Source: an uncultured virus (IMG/VR IMGVR_UViG_3300012920_000026) (Duplodnaviria; Heunggongvirae; Uroviricota; Caudoviricetes). From it: DNA of 64,000 nt. The notes beneath the pieces were generated by a model, which saw nothing but the letters and a program-made list of their open reading frames with translations, was not told the origin of the DNA and did not search any database. Where the stretch lies: IMG/VR virus record IMGVR_UViG_3300012920_000026, positions 1 to 64,000 of that record; one strand, written 5' to 3'. This document shows, one piece after another, positions 47,928 through 58,572 of this stretch; the first letter of the stretch is position 1; each line of letters begins with the position of its first letter. The position numbers and the translations under genes are program-made.

Positions 47928-48254
47928 TTAACCCGTTCCGTTTAATTTCTGATATTTTTGTACTTCAGAAATATATTGTTGTAAACTGTCTTTAAACGGA
48001 AAAGGTATTCTTATTATTTCATTATTTGGTATTGACTCTTCTACCCCCCCATACTGTGGATTAGCTAACATAATTAACCAACCGTGATAAGGGTTTCCAT
48101 AATATTCTTGACTTAATTTGTCCATTCTACTTTGAGTTTGTCTATATAAAACTGATTTATCACTAGATTTAGGCTCTATTTTGATAAATGGTAACGGTGT
48201 GTATTTACCATTAAAGTTGAATTTTTGATATCGGTTATAATATTCTGTACTCAT
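47928..48254 (-). CDS. LysM-like / gp53 / tail-X type baseplate protein
   Basis: RMDKLSQEYYGNPYHGWLIMLANP...IIRIP; position next to the hub gene. Confidence 0.75.
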   Translation of the reverse strand: MSTEYYNRYQKFNFNGKYTPLPFIKIEPKSSDKSVLYRQTQSRMDKLSQEYYGNPYHGWLIMLANPQYGGVEESIPNNEIIRIPFPFKDSLQQYISEVQKYQKLNGTG

Positions 48255-48259
48255 AATAC

Positions 48260-51200
48260 TTATAATAATTTATTATCTGAAATAGTAAATGTTTGATTAC
48301 GTTGAAGTTCTTCTCCCTCGTTTTCATATGATACACTTATACTAACACTAATTATAGATTCTTTTAATTGATCTATACTGTTTTCTATATTTTGTATCTC
48401 TGTTTGTATTTGACTTTTTCTATTTATGTTATATGCACTTGTGTTTGATAATGAATCATATTCTGCTTGTAAATCTAATATATCGCCATTAAAGTCTACA
48501 ATATCTTGAGATTGACTAAAAGCAATACTAAATATTGGTATGTTACTTAGTTCTATAGTATTACTTTTACTAGTGAATACTTCATCTATATGTACTATAT
48601 CACTACCACTATCAGTTATAACTACATTTATGGGGTTTGGTAATGGTGTTAATATTGAATTTACAAGTGTTTCCACTATTACATTTTGTCCATTAGGATT
48701 AATATTTATTTCAATACTATTAGATGGTATTGTAGGTTGTGACTCACCAGTATTCTGTGATGCCTGATTTAGAGGTACTTCTTGTTTAAGACTAGCATTA
48801 GGTGAGTCTCCTATTAATTTTATTTTTTGACCTATATTTGCAATACCCGGTAATAATTCACTAAATAGACTATTTCTACCATCAATTATTCTAGCACCTA
48901 TAAATGATTCAACTTCTAATTTATCACTTCTTCTTTCATACATTTCTGTATTTGCATAGTAATTAAATGATAATGCGTTTTGTAATCTACTAATAGGTCC
49001 TTGTAAGGATTGCCCACCTATAATATCAATAGATAATGTAACATCTGCCATCATTGGTTGTACACCTATACCTTCTGGATTTAAATCCCACTGAGGTGAA
49101 TTACCAGTAGCATAAGTAATACTTAAACTATTAATTGTGATTTTAGTGTTAATGTAATCACCTATTCTTAAAATACATATAGGTGGTCTACCAAAAGCTA
49201 AGTTTTGCGCTTTTATACCAGTAGAGTTAGCTTTATCATATATACTAGGTCCCTGTCTTAAACATTGTTGTAAAAATGTTAATCTTGTGTTTAAACCTTC
49301 TGGCGTAGTTGAGTGAAATCCTGGATGAAAATATTTAATTTTTTCTGAAATAGTTTCAAAATACTCAGGATATTCCTCCCCTATGAAATCAAAATATCTT
49401 GTTTCATCAATTCTTAAATTATCTACTATTTGTGAATCTAAAGGTAGAGAAACTAAATTACTATTCATATCAGTTTGTTGGTGTTGTGCAGTATTATCAT
49501 TAACCGCATCATAACTTATTTTAATGTCTACTCTCCTACTATTCTCATCACCACTTATGTCAATAACACTAGATTTTACAACAGTAGTAGAATTTACATT
49601 ACTTATTGAGTTTACTACCGATTCTACTTGTGCTTTGATGTCAGTAGCCCTTTTACTAGCCAACGTAGTTGCATTAGTTTCATCTTTAGATGCAAAACCA
49701 TTAATATTAATTTTTACTGTTTTATCACTATTTTTTTGGACATTTAAAAATTCTGTTATAGATGCCGCATCGATACTTACACCTGTGTCACTATTTTTAT
49801 CAAATTTTAATATGTATTTTTCACTAGCACTATAGTTAGACGCAGTAGATTGTTGTTTTTGTATATTTAATTTTTTTTCTATTTCGTTTTTAGTATTTTG
49901 ACTAACACCTTGACTATTATCTAATAAATCTAAAAACTCTTGTGGTGATATACAACCAGCAAAAAATCTTTCTATTTCATTTGTTCTTCTACCTCTATAT
50001 GCATTTATTACTTTAGGGTGATCAACCAATACCTTAAATTTTAACTGTCCGCTACGAGTAGAATTATTATATGTATATACAGGTTCACCTCTACCTATAA
50101 AATCTGTTTTAGTCCAATTGGCACTCATATTCTCATCAAATCCTAAATCATATGGAGGAAACCACATAATTCTACCTTTATTTCTACTTAATGGATCGCC
50201 AGGTCCAATTTCATCTAATGTTAAATCTGCTAAATTATCTGCCCACGCTAAATTTTCAATAGACAACATATATTTTTTAAAAGATGTTGTTCTATCTATT
50301 TCTGTAGAATGTGTTTTTACAAAACCGTTGCTTTGTAATACACTTAAAGATGCATTATCAGATGTAACAGAAAAACCTGGTTTACTTTTACTATCTGAAC
50401 TAAATAAACCACTTTTTCTAATTGCATTACTATATTTATAAGGATTATTTGGTGTCCATACCCTACAAAATTTACCGTTTTTAATTGCAGATTCAAAAGA
50501 TTCACTACTTATAGCATTACCTCTACTAATTAATCTACCTTTTACTCTATCTTTAAAAAACTTTTTAGTTTGATCTATGTACACATCATCAGAAAAGTTA
50601 TTTACTAAATTTTGTGTCTCCGATAATAAAGTTTTATTATTAAAATTATTAGTATCTTTAAATTCCCAATAATAATTCCTACCAACTGTAGTCTGTCCTA
50701 CTTGTTCTGAATTAATACCATCTGCACCATTAAAATCTTCAGAAGTAAAAGTAGTCATTATTTTACTACCTCTATTAGTAGTTCTTTCACTACCTATATA
50801 ATATCTACTAGATGTACCACCATCAGATGTTGATGATAATCTTCTGTCTTTATAATTTGGTACATATAAATTTAAACCTAAAGCATTAAATAAAAACGTG
50901 GTTTGATTGATACCTGTATTACTAATTAAAGAATTACTTCTTTGTTCTGTAGATATAACAGGAGAACTCTGATTTTTATCATTACTCTTACCCCCTTTAT
51001 TACTTTTTAATTGTCTATTATATTCTTGCCAACCTATCGATTCATCGGGTAGTATTCCTCCGTTTGAAGGTTCTCCTCTCATTCTATCTTCAAAATCAAT
51101 AGCTTCATCTTCAGGTGGTTGAAAATATGTTATAGCAAATTTAATTAAATCACTAGACATTTTATTTTGTATTTGAGAAACTTTACTAATAACATTAGTT

Positions 51201-51724
51201 TTTAATTCTCCAGCACCTATAATACCTAAAGATGATTCATTGTTATAATTTAGTGTTGACATTTTGTCTATAACATCAAATGGAAAAGTAACATAAGGAG
51301 AATCTCCTCTACTTAATAAAGTAAAACTTTCAGTATTAGAATATGCGGGGTAAGGAATTCTATCTTTTACTGAAGAATCAGGATAAGGTTCAGAAGGTAT
51401 AACAACACCAAACTCTTCATATCCGTCCAATGGTGGAATATATCTATTATTATTAACATTTTGGGTATCCCTAAATGTTTCACCTTCAGTAATAATATTT
51501 CCATCTTCATCATATGATACGACAGTATTTTCACTTTGAGTGCCATTAATTGGTACTTTTATGATATTACCAATATCATTAAGTTTAGATGTTAATCCAC
51601 CCTCAGTTAATGTTCTATTAGTTGGTGGTGGTAAATTCCTACTTAATAATTCAGTTCTTAAGTCTTCAGTACTTAGTACACCAAAATTAGTTGTATACAA
51701 TGTTTGATTTAAAATGCCTGACAT
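48260..51724 (-). CDS. tail tube initiator-like baseplate protein with inserted OmpA-like domain
   Basis: WTKTDFIGRGEPVYTYNNSTRS and PPICILRIGD...ITINSLSITY....WD tube-initiator motifs flank INGFAS...LASKRA...RRVDI. Confidence 0.6.
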   Translation of the reverse strand: MSGILNQTLYTTNFGVLSTEDLRTELLSRNLPPPTNRTLTEGGLTSKLNDIGNIIKVPINGTQSENTVVSYDEDGNIITEGETFRDTQNVNNNRYIPPLDGYEEFGVVIPSEPYPDSSVKDRIPYPAYSNTESFTLLSRGDSPYVTFPFDVIDKMSTLNYNNESSLGIIGAGELKTNVISKVSQIQNKMSSDLIKFAITYFQPPEDEAIDFEDRMRGEPSNGGILPDESIGWQEYNRQLKSNKGGKSNDKNQSSPVISTEQRSNSLISNTGINQTTFLFNALGLNLYVPNYKDRRLSSTSDGGTSSRYYIGSERTTNRGSKIMTTFTSEDFNGADGINSEQVGQTTVGRNYYWEFKDTNNFNNKTLLSETQNLVNNFSDDVYIDQTKKFFKDRVKGRLISRGNAISSESFESAIKNGKFCRVWTPNNPYKYSNAIRKSGLFSSDSKSKPGFSVTSDNASLSVLQSNGFVKTHSTEIDRTTSFKKYMLSIENLAWADNLADLTLDEIGPGDPLSRNKGRIMWFPPYDLGFDENMSANWTKTDFIGRGEPVYTYNNSTRSGQLKFKVLVDHPKVINAYRGRRTNEIERFFAGCISPQEFLDLLDNSQGVSQNTKNEIEKKLNIQKQQSTASNYSASEKYILKFDKNSDTGVSIDAASITEFLNVQKNSDKTVKININGFASKDETNATTLASKRATDIKAQVESVVNSISNVNSTTVVKSSVIDISGDENSRRVDIKISYDAVNDNTAQHQQTDMNSNLVSLPLDSQIVDNLRIDETRYFDFIGEEYPEYFETISEKIKYFHPGFHSTTPEGLNTRLTFLQQCLRQGPSIYDKANSTGIKAQNLAFGRPPICILRIGDYINTKITINSLSITYATGNSPQWDLNPEGIGVQPMMADVTLSIDIIGGQSLQGPISRLQNALSFNYYANTEMYERRSDKLEVESFIGARIIDGRNSLFSELLPGIANIGQKIKLIGDSPNASLKQEVPLNQASQNTGESQPTIPSNSIEININPNGQNVIVETLVNSILTPLPNPINVVITDSGSDIVHIDEVFTSKSNTIELSNIPIFSIAFSQSQDIVDFNGDILDLQAEYDSLSNTSAYNINRKSQIQTEIQNIENSIDQLKESIISVSISVSYENEGEELQRNQTFTISDNKLL

Positions 51725-51872
51725 AAATATTCTTTATATATAAATATTTAAAGGCTAAATTTCAGGAGATAAAATTATATATTAGATATTATTAATAGAT
51801 TATTACTAGTTTTTTTATTATATTTATTCTAGTTTTAATAATTATTTATAATTTTTAAGGTCTAGTTCTGGT

Positions 51873-51904
51873 CAAATATAAAAAATATTTTTCAAAAAGT
51901 CAAT
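51873..51904 (-). promoter_or_regulatory. Bacteroidota-type promoter firing into a long AT-rich intergenic region
   Basis: ATTG-N20-TATATTTG with no nearby start codon. Confidence 0.55.
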
Positions 51905-51935
51905 ACTTTAATAGGTTTTTTTTAACATATTAAAA

Positions 51936-53816
51936 TTAAGTAAAATCAATTTCCCAATTACCACCTGAATTTTTAATTTCTGCAGAGTCTACTACCCAAC
52001 TTTTTACATTATTTTGAATTTTAGTTTGGAATGCTGCCATTAACGAAGGATCTAAATCCCCAGTAATACTAATTGTATAATCGAATTTTTTAGTAGTCAT
52101 CGCCAATGGTCCACCATCACCACCAGGACCCTCATCATTATTAACAGGACCGCCATCATTATTACTCGATTTAGGAATTTTAGGTAAATTTTTTATAAAG
52201 TCATTGATATCATCACCCATTTCACCTAATTGCTTTCCAAATTCTTCGGTACTATTTTTCCACCCCTCAGTTTGAAATAATGATTCTGGTTTAAAATTTT
52301 CTTGAAACGATTTAACTGCCGCATCCATACTAGCTTTCATAGGTGTAGTTAACTGTTTCATATTTTCTGCACCTATTTCATATAGATCTGTCGTTCCTGC
52401 GATTGCTGCTTTAGATGACTCTAACGCACTTTGCATCTGTTCACTCATTGTTTGAGTGTTAATTGCGATATTTTTAAATAAGTCACTATCTGATTTACCC
52501 TCGTTAGCATTTGCTTCCATTATTTCGTCAACCATAGACTCATTAACTTCATCTAAACCTAACTCTTCACCATTGTGTTGTATTACGAATTCACCTTTTT
52601 CTTCTGAAAATTTAGCTAATGAAGCTAAGTTCTCTTTAATATCGTTGTCACCTATAGAAGTAAATTTCATTTTTAAGTCTTTGATTTTACTAGATTGTCT
52701 AGCCATCTCAACCATTTTTTCGGTATTAATACCTAACTGATCACCAGCAGCTTTAAGTTGCATTCTGGCTTCTGCAGGTAATTCATATCTACCACTTTCT
52801 TCATTAAATTGTAACATATTTTCAGTCATGTCACCTAACTTTTTAGCTAACTCTTCTGGTTTGTTACGTGCCATATACATAGTTTCAAAAGGATCACCAA
52901 AAGCCTGTGCAATATCACCACCCAACATCTGTAAATTAGCGGCAGCTTCAATAGCAGCTTCGGGTTGATAGAATTTATCTGCCATTTGTAAAACATCTGA
53001 AACGTCTAATCTCATTCTAACTGCTTGTTTAGCCATCTCTGTCATACCTCTAACTCCACTACTAAAAGAATAAGATTGTATTGACTTCATATTACTTGAT
53101 AATTGTTTTACTACTTTAGCTGCATTTAAACCTAGTTTTTGTGACTCTTTATATACATTTTCTAAACCTTCAGTCATACTATTTGTAGATACCCCCATTA
53201 AGTCAAACATTTCCGCCATTTTTGCAGTTTCACTAGCACTTAAATTTATACCTTTAGAAATTTTTTCAATATTAACTATGTCTTCTTGATCTAATATTCT
53301 CATTCTTCCTGATTCATCAGCGAATGTTTCCATCATACTGGTAATATCTTCCATACTACCACCCATATTTTCAATTTCAGGTAAAGTGTCTTTAAAGTTT
53401 CTTGTTAGTCTTTCTTGATGTGCACCACTAGCACCAATATTTCTTGATACCATTAAGTACTCTTTAGCTATTTTTTGTGCATAATTATATTGATCGGCAC
53501 TGGTTGTTAAAAAATTCTGAAATGAACGGTAAGTAGTATTTACTTCCTGTGTAATTCTACCCGTAACCTCATACATAGATAAATAAGCTCTCTTTTGTTT
53601 TTCAGCAATTGCTACTAGTTCTTTACCATTTTCTTCAGTAATTTTTTTTTGTTCTACTAATAATTTAATTTTTTCTATTTCACGATTTACCGACTCAACC
53701 TGATCTTTTTTAGCTTGCCTACTTATACCATCCATTTCTTTGCGATAGTCAGTAGCTTCTGCTCTCAATTTTTTGAGGGTTTCTAACTGTTTCTTAAACG
53801 GATCTTCTTCTGCCAT
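51936..53816 (-). CDS. tape measure protein
   Basis: Helical A/M/E/K-rich 626-aa protein between the chaperone and tube-initiator/LysM/hub genes, the canonical myovirus order. Confidence 0.7.
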   Translation of the reverse strand: MAEEDPFKKQLETLKKLRAEATDYRKEMDGISRQAKKDQVESVNREIEKIKLLVEQKKITEENGKELVAIAEKQKRAYLSMYEVTGRITQEVNTTYRSFQNFLTTSADQYNYAQKIAKEYLMVSRNIGASGAHQERLTRNFKDTLPEIENMGGSMEDITSMMETFADESGRMRILDQEDIVNIEKISKGINLSASETAKMAEMFDLMGVSTNSMTEGLENVYKESQKLGLNAAKVVKQLSSNMKSIQSYSFSSGVRGMTEMAKQAVRMRLDVSDVLQMADKFYQPEAAIEAAANLQMLGGDIAQAFGDPFETMYMARNKPEELAKKLGDMTENMLQFNEESGRYELPAEARMQLKAAGDQLGINTEKMVEMARQSSKIKDLKMKFTSIGDNDIKENLASLAKFSEEKGEFVIQHNGEELGLDEVNESMVDEIMEANANEGKSDSDLFKNIAINTQTMSEQMQSALESSKAAIAGTTDLYEIGAENMKQLTTPMKASMDAAVKSFQENFKPESLFQTEGWKNSTEEFGKQLGEMGDDINDFIKNLPKIPKSSNNDGGPVNNDEGPGGDGGPLAMTTKKFDYTISITGDLDPSLMAAFQTKIQNNVKSWVVDSAEIKNSGGNWEIDFT

Positions 53817-53824
53817 TTTTTAAT

Positions 53825-55033
53825 TTAAATCGTTAACTTAGTTATTTTACCATTCCAACCAATACTTGGACACATTTCTTTATTATCACTTAAACTTTTA
53901 ACAAATTTTATAGTACCGTTTTGATCTACTCCTCTTTCCGCACTATTAAATGTCATTAAAAAATATTTTCTTCCACCACTATTTTTAGATAACATAACAG
54001 TCTTACCGCCATTAAACGGACTTGCACTTTCTATATCAAACTCCATTGTGGTATCAGTAATATCGAAAGAATTATCTACACAGTCAGGAAAAGTTGGTGG
54101 GGTATCATTTCTTGAACCACCAGGATGTACAAAATCATTTGGTCTAGTAAATGAAATTTCAATTTTTTTATTTACAACTATTTTATCTGCAACACTTCCT
54201 GTTTCTGCAGATTTCAAAAGGGAATTTTTATTCTTAATTCTAAAGAACTTACTTAAAAGTGTACTTAAACTACTTATTAAACTTTCACCTGCAGGTATAA
54301 TCTCTTTATCCCATTGTGCACAATAAGGTGAACCAGGAACGTTAGGGTCAGCGTATGTATAATCTTTCCTAACATTAATATCAAACATTGCTTTCCTATA
54401 ATCGTCTCTTTCTAAACAATCATCACGATATTCATTAATTAATTTAGCCTCAAATTCATTTGATCTAGATAACTCAGCTTTTACCCCTTGTCTAAAACTT
54501 TTATAACATTTCCTATAAGAAGGGCAAGCTGCTGCATCATCAGCAGGACTTCCAGAAGGTGAACCTGTATATTTTCTAGCAAAGTTAATACAATAACAAA
54601 TAGAAGCGTGTCCCTTTTTCTTTTTTAGTGGGTTTGTTTTAGTTCTTACTGACTTAATACCTCTACTAACCCTTATTGCATCATAAACTCCTGCAGTTAA
54701 GGTCATACCTTTAAATGGACCGTCCTGTATTTCTAAAGAACTTTTATTTTTAAATTCTTTTTCTAATTCATCCGGTGTAGGAAATCCTTCTGGCCACTCA
54801 CCATTTTTTGTTGCATCGAATAACTTTTTAATGTCAATATTTTTTGGGTTACTACTGTATGTCTCATCCTGCATATCAAGTATGGCTTGTACTCTATCTT
54901 CATCACTAATATTTTTGTCAGAAATCTCACTATATTTATCCCTTAAATCATCTGGAGATTGTTCACCAATTAAACTATCAACATAAACTACAACTTCATT
55001 TATAATGTTATTATAATATTTAAAATTTTTCAT
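53825..55033 (-). CDS. hypothetical protein (late)
   Basis: 402-aa ORF with TATTTATA upstream and an IINE/IGEQ leader. Confidence 0.65.
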   Translation of the reverse strand: MKNFKYYNNIINEVVVYVDSLIGEQSPDDLRDKYSEISDKNISDEDRVQAILDMQDETYSSNPKNIDIKKLFDATKNGEWPEGFPTPDELEKEFKNKSSLEIQDGPFKGMTLTAGVYDAIRVSRGIKSVRTKTNPLKKKKGHASICYCINFARKYTGSPSGSPADDAAACPSYRKCYKSFRQGVKAELSRSNEFEAKLINEYRDDCLERDDYRKAMFDINVRKDYTYADPNVPGSPYCAQWDKEIIPAGESLISSLSTLLSKFFRIKNKNSLLKSAETGSVADKIVVNKKIEISFTRPNDFVHPGGSRNDTPPTFPDCVDNSFDITDTTMEFDIESASPFNGGKTVMLSKNSGGRKYFLMTFNSAERGVDQNGTIKFVKSLSDNKEMCPSIGWNGKITKLTI

Positions 55034-55071
55034 TACACCATTTTTTTATATAAATATTTAGAAAAAAATAA

Positions 55072-55224
55072 TTATTCACTTTTACCATTAATATTATCTA
55101 TAAAAAGTCTTCTACTATATGTTGGCATAACCATAATATCCTTATAAGAAAAACCACCATTTTTTACTAAATAAGAAAACTCTTTATGTAAGTGTAGTAA
55201 ATAGTCAGAGTTTAGGCCATAGAA
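55072..55224 (-). CDS. start-less 50-codon frame, probable frameshift extension of the tail/baseplate chaperone (gp51-like position)
   Basis: +1 frame reads FYGLNSDYLLHLHKEFSYLVKNGGFSYKDIMVMPTYSRRLFIDNINGKSE*; no ATG/GTG/TTG until codon 31. Confidence 0.6.
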   Translation of the reverse strand, partial: FYGLNSDYLLHLHKEFSYLVKNGGFSYKDIMVMPTYSRRLFIDNINGKSE

Positions 55225-55990
55225 AATTCGGTGTGAATCTAAGAAAGCAACTTACGGATTCTCCCCCCTGAATCCGTGCTTTTGTATTAAAATCTATTCC
55301 TGGTTCGTTATCTTCTATATATTTACGTAAACTTCTAGAATCTAACAAAGGTATCTTTTTCAAAATATTTGAAATTATTATTTTATCTCTTTCACCGTCT
55401 ATTTCTGTAACTGATTTTTCTAATCTTAAAGTAATTTTTTGTGATACTTTATCTTTACTCCTTTTCATTTGGTTATTATCTGCGATTTCTACTTCTTGCT
55501 CTTCTTTTGAAGTTAAAAATTTAAATTTAATATTCTTTTTAGAAGTTGGTAAAATATAATCTAGTTCTCCATTGTTATCGGGTTTAATTAATAATTTTTT
55601 TTGTTTTAAATCACCTAAATCAATCTCACCTTCTACAAAATCGTTGTAATCTTCACTATAAACCATTTGTGTATATTTAGTACCAAACGCAGTTGATCTT
55701 AGAAATATAAGTATTGCCATTCTATCACCTTCTAATAAATCACCGACATCCATATTTAAATCTTTTACTTTTCTTTTTATAAGTAAATCTAACATTATAT
55801 CGGGTTTAGAACTTAGGTTTGGTGCACTTAGAATATTTTCATCCATTGCGGTTAAATATTCTACTTTAATTTGTTTTAAATTATTTTTATATAATAACCC
55901 TTGTGATGGTAAATCTAATACATCAAAAGGAGTTTTTAAATCTTCAGGTACGTAATTAGGATCTAATGACGTTTGTATATTTTGTTCCAT
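55205..55990 (-). CDS. baseplate hub/tail assembly chaperone (T4 gp26-like)
   Basis: LDLPSQG.LY, LTAMDENIL, DRMAILIFLR, LPTSKK.IKFKFLT, C-terminal NFLWP. Confidence 0.75.
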   Translation of the reverse strand: MEQNIQTSLDPNYVPEDLKTPFDVLDLPSQGLLYKNNLKQIKVEYLTAMDENILSAPNLSSKPDIMLDLLIKRKVKDLNMDVGDLLEGDRMAILIFLRSTAFGTKYTQMVYSEDYNDFVEGEIDLGDLKQKKLLIKPDNNGELDYILPTSKKNIKFKFLTSKEEQEVEIADNNQMKRSKDKVSQKITLRLEKSVTEIDGERDKIIISNILKKIPLLDSRSLRKYIEDNEPGIDFNTKARIQGGESVSCFLRFTPNFLWPKL

Positions 55991-56051
55991 AAAACTTTTT
56001 TATTTAATATAAATTATTATTCTATTAAATAAATACTAAAATTTGGTTTTT

Positions 56052-58565
56052 TTATTCCCCTAAACCGTAAAACGTATTCCAACAATCTAATTTTTTAAAA
56101 GTATTAACTAAATCCTTTCTACAATCTTGTTGATTCTTTTCTTTATTAAATATTATTTCACCTCCCGGCTTTCCCTTACACCAATACTCTTTACCTAACG
56201 CATCTATAATATCCTCACTAATTTTAAATATAGGTGTCTTCCCATCATCAGTCCATTTATAAAGTTCACCTTCTAGTTCTTCATCATCTGTAATTTTCCT
56301 AAACTCTTCATTTCCCTGACCCCATAACATAATTAACATTATATTCTGAGCATCTAAACATAAGTTTGATGAATTTTGCCACATGTAGTCTCTCACACTA
56401 GGATCTACTGTAACTCTTAGTTCTCCTTTAGAAGTTTGAGTTTTTATATCCTCTATTACATCTTTTAATTGTTCTTCTTTTTGTTTTTTACATAGTAAGT
56501 TTACATAACTTTCGAACATCTTCTCTATTTTGAGTTCATCGTAATTCTCGTTTATTTGTTCTTGAAACCACTTTTCCCAATTAGATACTTCAGTTGCATA
56601 TTTCTTTTTATTCTTATCACCTGATCTAGTTATATTATTTAAGTATTTAAATAATATTGCTCCTTTTTCAAGACTACTATTTATATTTTCTGGTTTTAAT
56701 TCTGATGGTGTATTACCAATATAATCATCTTTACAAAAAGGTAATGCCAACTCCTCCAATTTATCTTTTGGATTCTCTATAGTAGCAGGTAAAGCTAAAC
56801 CTAAAATACCTTCTACTTTCTCTATATTAGTTGATTTAAACTTACTTATTTGATTAATTTTTTTACTTATAACTTGTCCTCTAGCTATTTGACAAGCTTT
56901 ATTAAATAGAGAAGTCATACTTACAGTATTAAGGTTGTTTTTAAATTCATCAGGTATACCGCTTACTTCTATATTAATTTGATTTTGCATTTTATCAAGA
57001 TCCTTCTGTACGATATTTATTTTTTCATTTCCTTTAATAATAACATCTGCAACATCATTGATTATAGGTTGAGTGTTAACACCCGCAATTTCCAAAACCC
57101 TTATTATATCTAATTTTGTTGAATCCTTTGTAATATTACCCATAATTGAAGTAGTGTCATCACTTGTATAATCACATTCATATTCTAAGATACTCTTAAG
57201 ACTCATACTTCCTAATTCATCTTTAACTTGTTTTTTTATAAATTGAGTAGCAGTTGATGTAACATCCTCAACAACCCTATTCATATCTGGATCACCAAAA
57301 ATAGATGTGAATGCGACACCAATAGGACCAACTAAAGGAAGTGATTTCCATCCACTAAAAATTGCTTGTGCCTCTGGGTCTAAAGTTACACCACCCCCTA
57401 GAAGATATTCGGATATATATGGTGCATAACAATCCTCAAAATTAATTGGTTCTGTCATCGTCTTCAATTCTCTTAACGCCTCTTTTTCATCCACCGTACC
57501 ATCCACCATTTGATTTCTTAATTCTTTATAATCATCCATCACACCACTTTTAATTCTTTTGAATTCGTCTGATGCATAAACATTAGCACAATAAATAATA
57601 TCAGCAATTTCTTGTGCAGTTAGAGACACCAACAGTGTTCGAGTTAGTGCTCTCAGATTTGGATTTCTTACCATAACCGTTTCGTCACCAAATAACCATC
57701 TTTTTACATATCCTCTTTTAGGATAAAATTTAGCACCATCCTCAACAGTAAACCCTTTTTTCTTTAACTCTACTAAAAGTTCTCCATCAAGTTTGTCTTT
57801 AGAAAATATCATATATTCTCCCGGTTGTTTCTTCATAGATAATACATAATAATCTCCTGCATTACCTGTTAAACTTTTAACATATTTTTTTAAACCTCGT
57901 CTTTTTAGTCTTACATCATTAGCATAAGATTTTAATAGTTTTATCCTTAGTTTTTCATCACTAATACCATAAACATTTTGTAACACTTTATCTTTAATTA
58001 TCTTACGTCTTGTAGCACCCATTTCACCACCTGGAAATAAATCCAATTGATCACCAAATTTAGTTTTAAATGCTTCAGGTGCATCGTCTAATAAATCATC
58101 TATTTTTGCTATAGCGTTATCAACATCCAAGTTTTTATTTTTTGTTAAAAAATCAATTAATTCAGGATATAGAGTTTTAGGGTTTTCATTTTTTCCAACA
58201 ACTACCATCATATCTAAAAAGTCATCTAATGATTTTTCAACTGATTTATTCCACAGTCCGGGATAATATTTTAAAGAATTTCTTACCATTCCTTTAAACT
58301 TTGTAACATTAGTTTCTTTTAAAGCATCTATTAAATCATCAAAACCCTGTCCATTTATTGCTGCACCAATTGCTTTAAGTTCTTTACTTGCTTTATTATA
58401 TACACTAGGATTAGACATAAGTTCTTTCATTGCCTTACCTATTGGAGATTCTATTAATAATTTCTTTTTTAATACAACAGATTCATCATAATTAACTTTA
58501 TGTTCCATTCTTTCTAACATTAAGTTAAATTTTTTAACATCTAAAAATAAACTTTTTCTTTTCAT
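56052..58565 (-). CDS. large hypothetical helical protein (candidate internal virion protein)
   Basis: 837 aa; basic leader ending LLIES; hydrophobic patch LPLVGPIGVAFTSIFG. Confidence 0.6.
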   Translation of the reverse strand: MKRKSLFLDVKKFNLMLERMEHKVNYDESVVLKKKLLIESPIGKAMKELMSNPSVYNKASKELKAIGAAINGQGFDDLIDALKETNVTKFKGMVRNSLKYYPGLWNKSVEKSLDDFLDMMVVVGKNENPKTLYPELIDFLTKNKNLDVDNAIAKIDDLLDDAPEAFKTKFGDQLDLFPGGEMGATRRKIIKDKVLQNVYGISDEKLRIKLLKSYANDVRLKRRGLKKYVKSLTGNAGDYYVLSMKKQPGEYMIFSKDKLDGELLVELKKKGFTVEDGAKFYPKRGYVKRWLFGDETVMVRNPNLRALTRTLLVSLTAQEIADIIYCANVYASDEFKRIKSGVMDDYKELRNQMVDGTVDEKEALRELKTMTEPINFEDCYAPYISEYLLGGGVTLDPEAQAIFSGWKSLPLVGPIGVAFTSIFGDPDMNRVVEDVTSTATQFIKKQVKDELGSMSLKSILEYECDYTSDDTTSIMGNITKDSTKLDIIRVLEIAGVNTQPIINDVADVIIKGNEKINIVQKDLDKMQNQINIEVSGIPDEFKNNLNTVSMTSLFNKACQIARGQVISKKINQISKFKSTNIEKVEGILGLALPATIENPKDKLEELALPFCKDDYIGNTPSELKPENINSSLEKGAILFKYLNNITRSGDKNKKKYATEVSNWEKWFQEQINENYDELKIEKMFESYVNLLCKKQKEEQLKDVIEDIKTQTSKGELRVTVDPSVRDYMWQNSSNLCLDAQNIMLIMLWGQGNEEFRKITDDEELEGELYKWTDDGKTPIFKISEDIIDALGKEYWCKGKPGGEIIFNKEKNQQDCRKDLVNTFKKLDCWNTFYGLGE

Positions 58566-58572
58566 TTTTATA

